64,000 bases of DNA from Mobula hypostoma. Lineage: Eukaryota. The position numbers were made by a program, and so were the translations under genes. The notes below the pieces were generated by a model. The model did not search any database, was not told the DNA's origin, and saw only the letters and a list, made by a program, of their open reading frames with translations. This document shows positions 63,370 to 64,000 of the stretch, piece by piece; position 1 is the stretch's first letter; every line of letters begins with the position of its first letter. The stretch lies in assembly GCF_963921235.1 (NCBI RefSeq), contig NC_086108.1, positions 87,608,001 through 87,672,000 on the forward strand, given 5' to 3'.

Positions 63370-64000
63370 ATGTACTAGAAATTGTGGGGAACCATTAAGA
63401 TCTGTTCTGAGGAAGGCACAACCTACACAAAAAGAATGGGTTGCACCTGATCTTCGGAGTAACCAATATCCCTTCAAGGCACGTTTACTTGAGCTGTTGG
63501 GGAGTGTTAAACTAATCTGGCAGGTGGATGGGAACTAGTGAAAAGGCTTAGGATGGGGCAGTTGGTATACAAGTGTGTGTGGTGACACTGTGAGGAAGAA
63601 TAGGCAGATGATAGGGCAAAATTGCAGAAAGTGGGATAAGTGTAACATGGGGACAAATTAAAAAGGGGGAAGAATGTGACACTGAAAGTGTTATATTTGA
63701 ATGCATGTAGTATATGGAATAAGGTAGATGATCTTGTAGCAGAGTTAGAGATTGGCAGATACGACATTGCGGGCATCACTGAGCCATGGCTGGAAGAAGA
63801 TTGTATTTGGGAACTTAACATTAAAAGATATACCTTGTATTGAAAGGATGTAGGTAGGCAGTGGGGGTGGGATGGCTCTGTTGGTAAAAAATGAATCAAA
63901 CCCATAGAAATGAATCAAACCCTTAGAGTATAGGAAGATATAACATCCTTGTTAATAGAGTTAAGTAACTGCACGGTTAAAAAGAGCCTGATGAGAGCTA
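63370..64000 (+). mobile_element. CR1 LINE: end of ORF1 and start of the ORF2 APE endonuclease
   Basis: LKVLYLNACSIWNKVDDLVAELEIGRYDIAGITEPWL at 63682; upstream L.KK.GLHL esterase-like remnant. Confidence 0.85.

Overview
Vertebrate genomic DNA. The repeat content (V-SINEs, Deu-domain SINEs, CR1, Rex-Babar, Neptune-type Penelope elements) points to a cartilaginous fish, probably a ray; that assignment is inference. The whole window is the interior of one minus-strand gene, SZT2 (KICSTOR scaffold). I read 21 GT-AG exons from 63020 down to 3768 (3214 nt, ~1071 aa, IHWLLEDE...FHQWRCSTEQ), with splice phases consistent throughout, plus a candidate 48-nt symmetric cassette exon at 2368-2415. Both gene ends lie outside the window. 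The introns hold a near full-length Penelope-like element and many truncated copies with minimal hammerhead ribozyme motifs. These include two perfect ~90-bp fold-back palindromes with TSDs and a micro-insertion that begins almost exactly at the predicted cleavage site. Also present: a complete IR/DR Tc1 (DD34E), a hAT/Buster fossil, a Harbinger-like fossil, a Nimb LINE 3' end, a solo LTR, and many CR1/Rex/RTE fragments. I see no evidence of a wholly new protein-coding system. The best leads are the ribozyme-bearing Penelope derivatives inside the SZT2 pre-mRNA and the putative regulated SZT2 exon. Protein and repeat identities come from remembered family motifs, not database searches; boundaries of old repeats are approximate.
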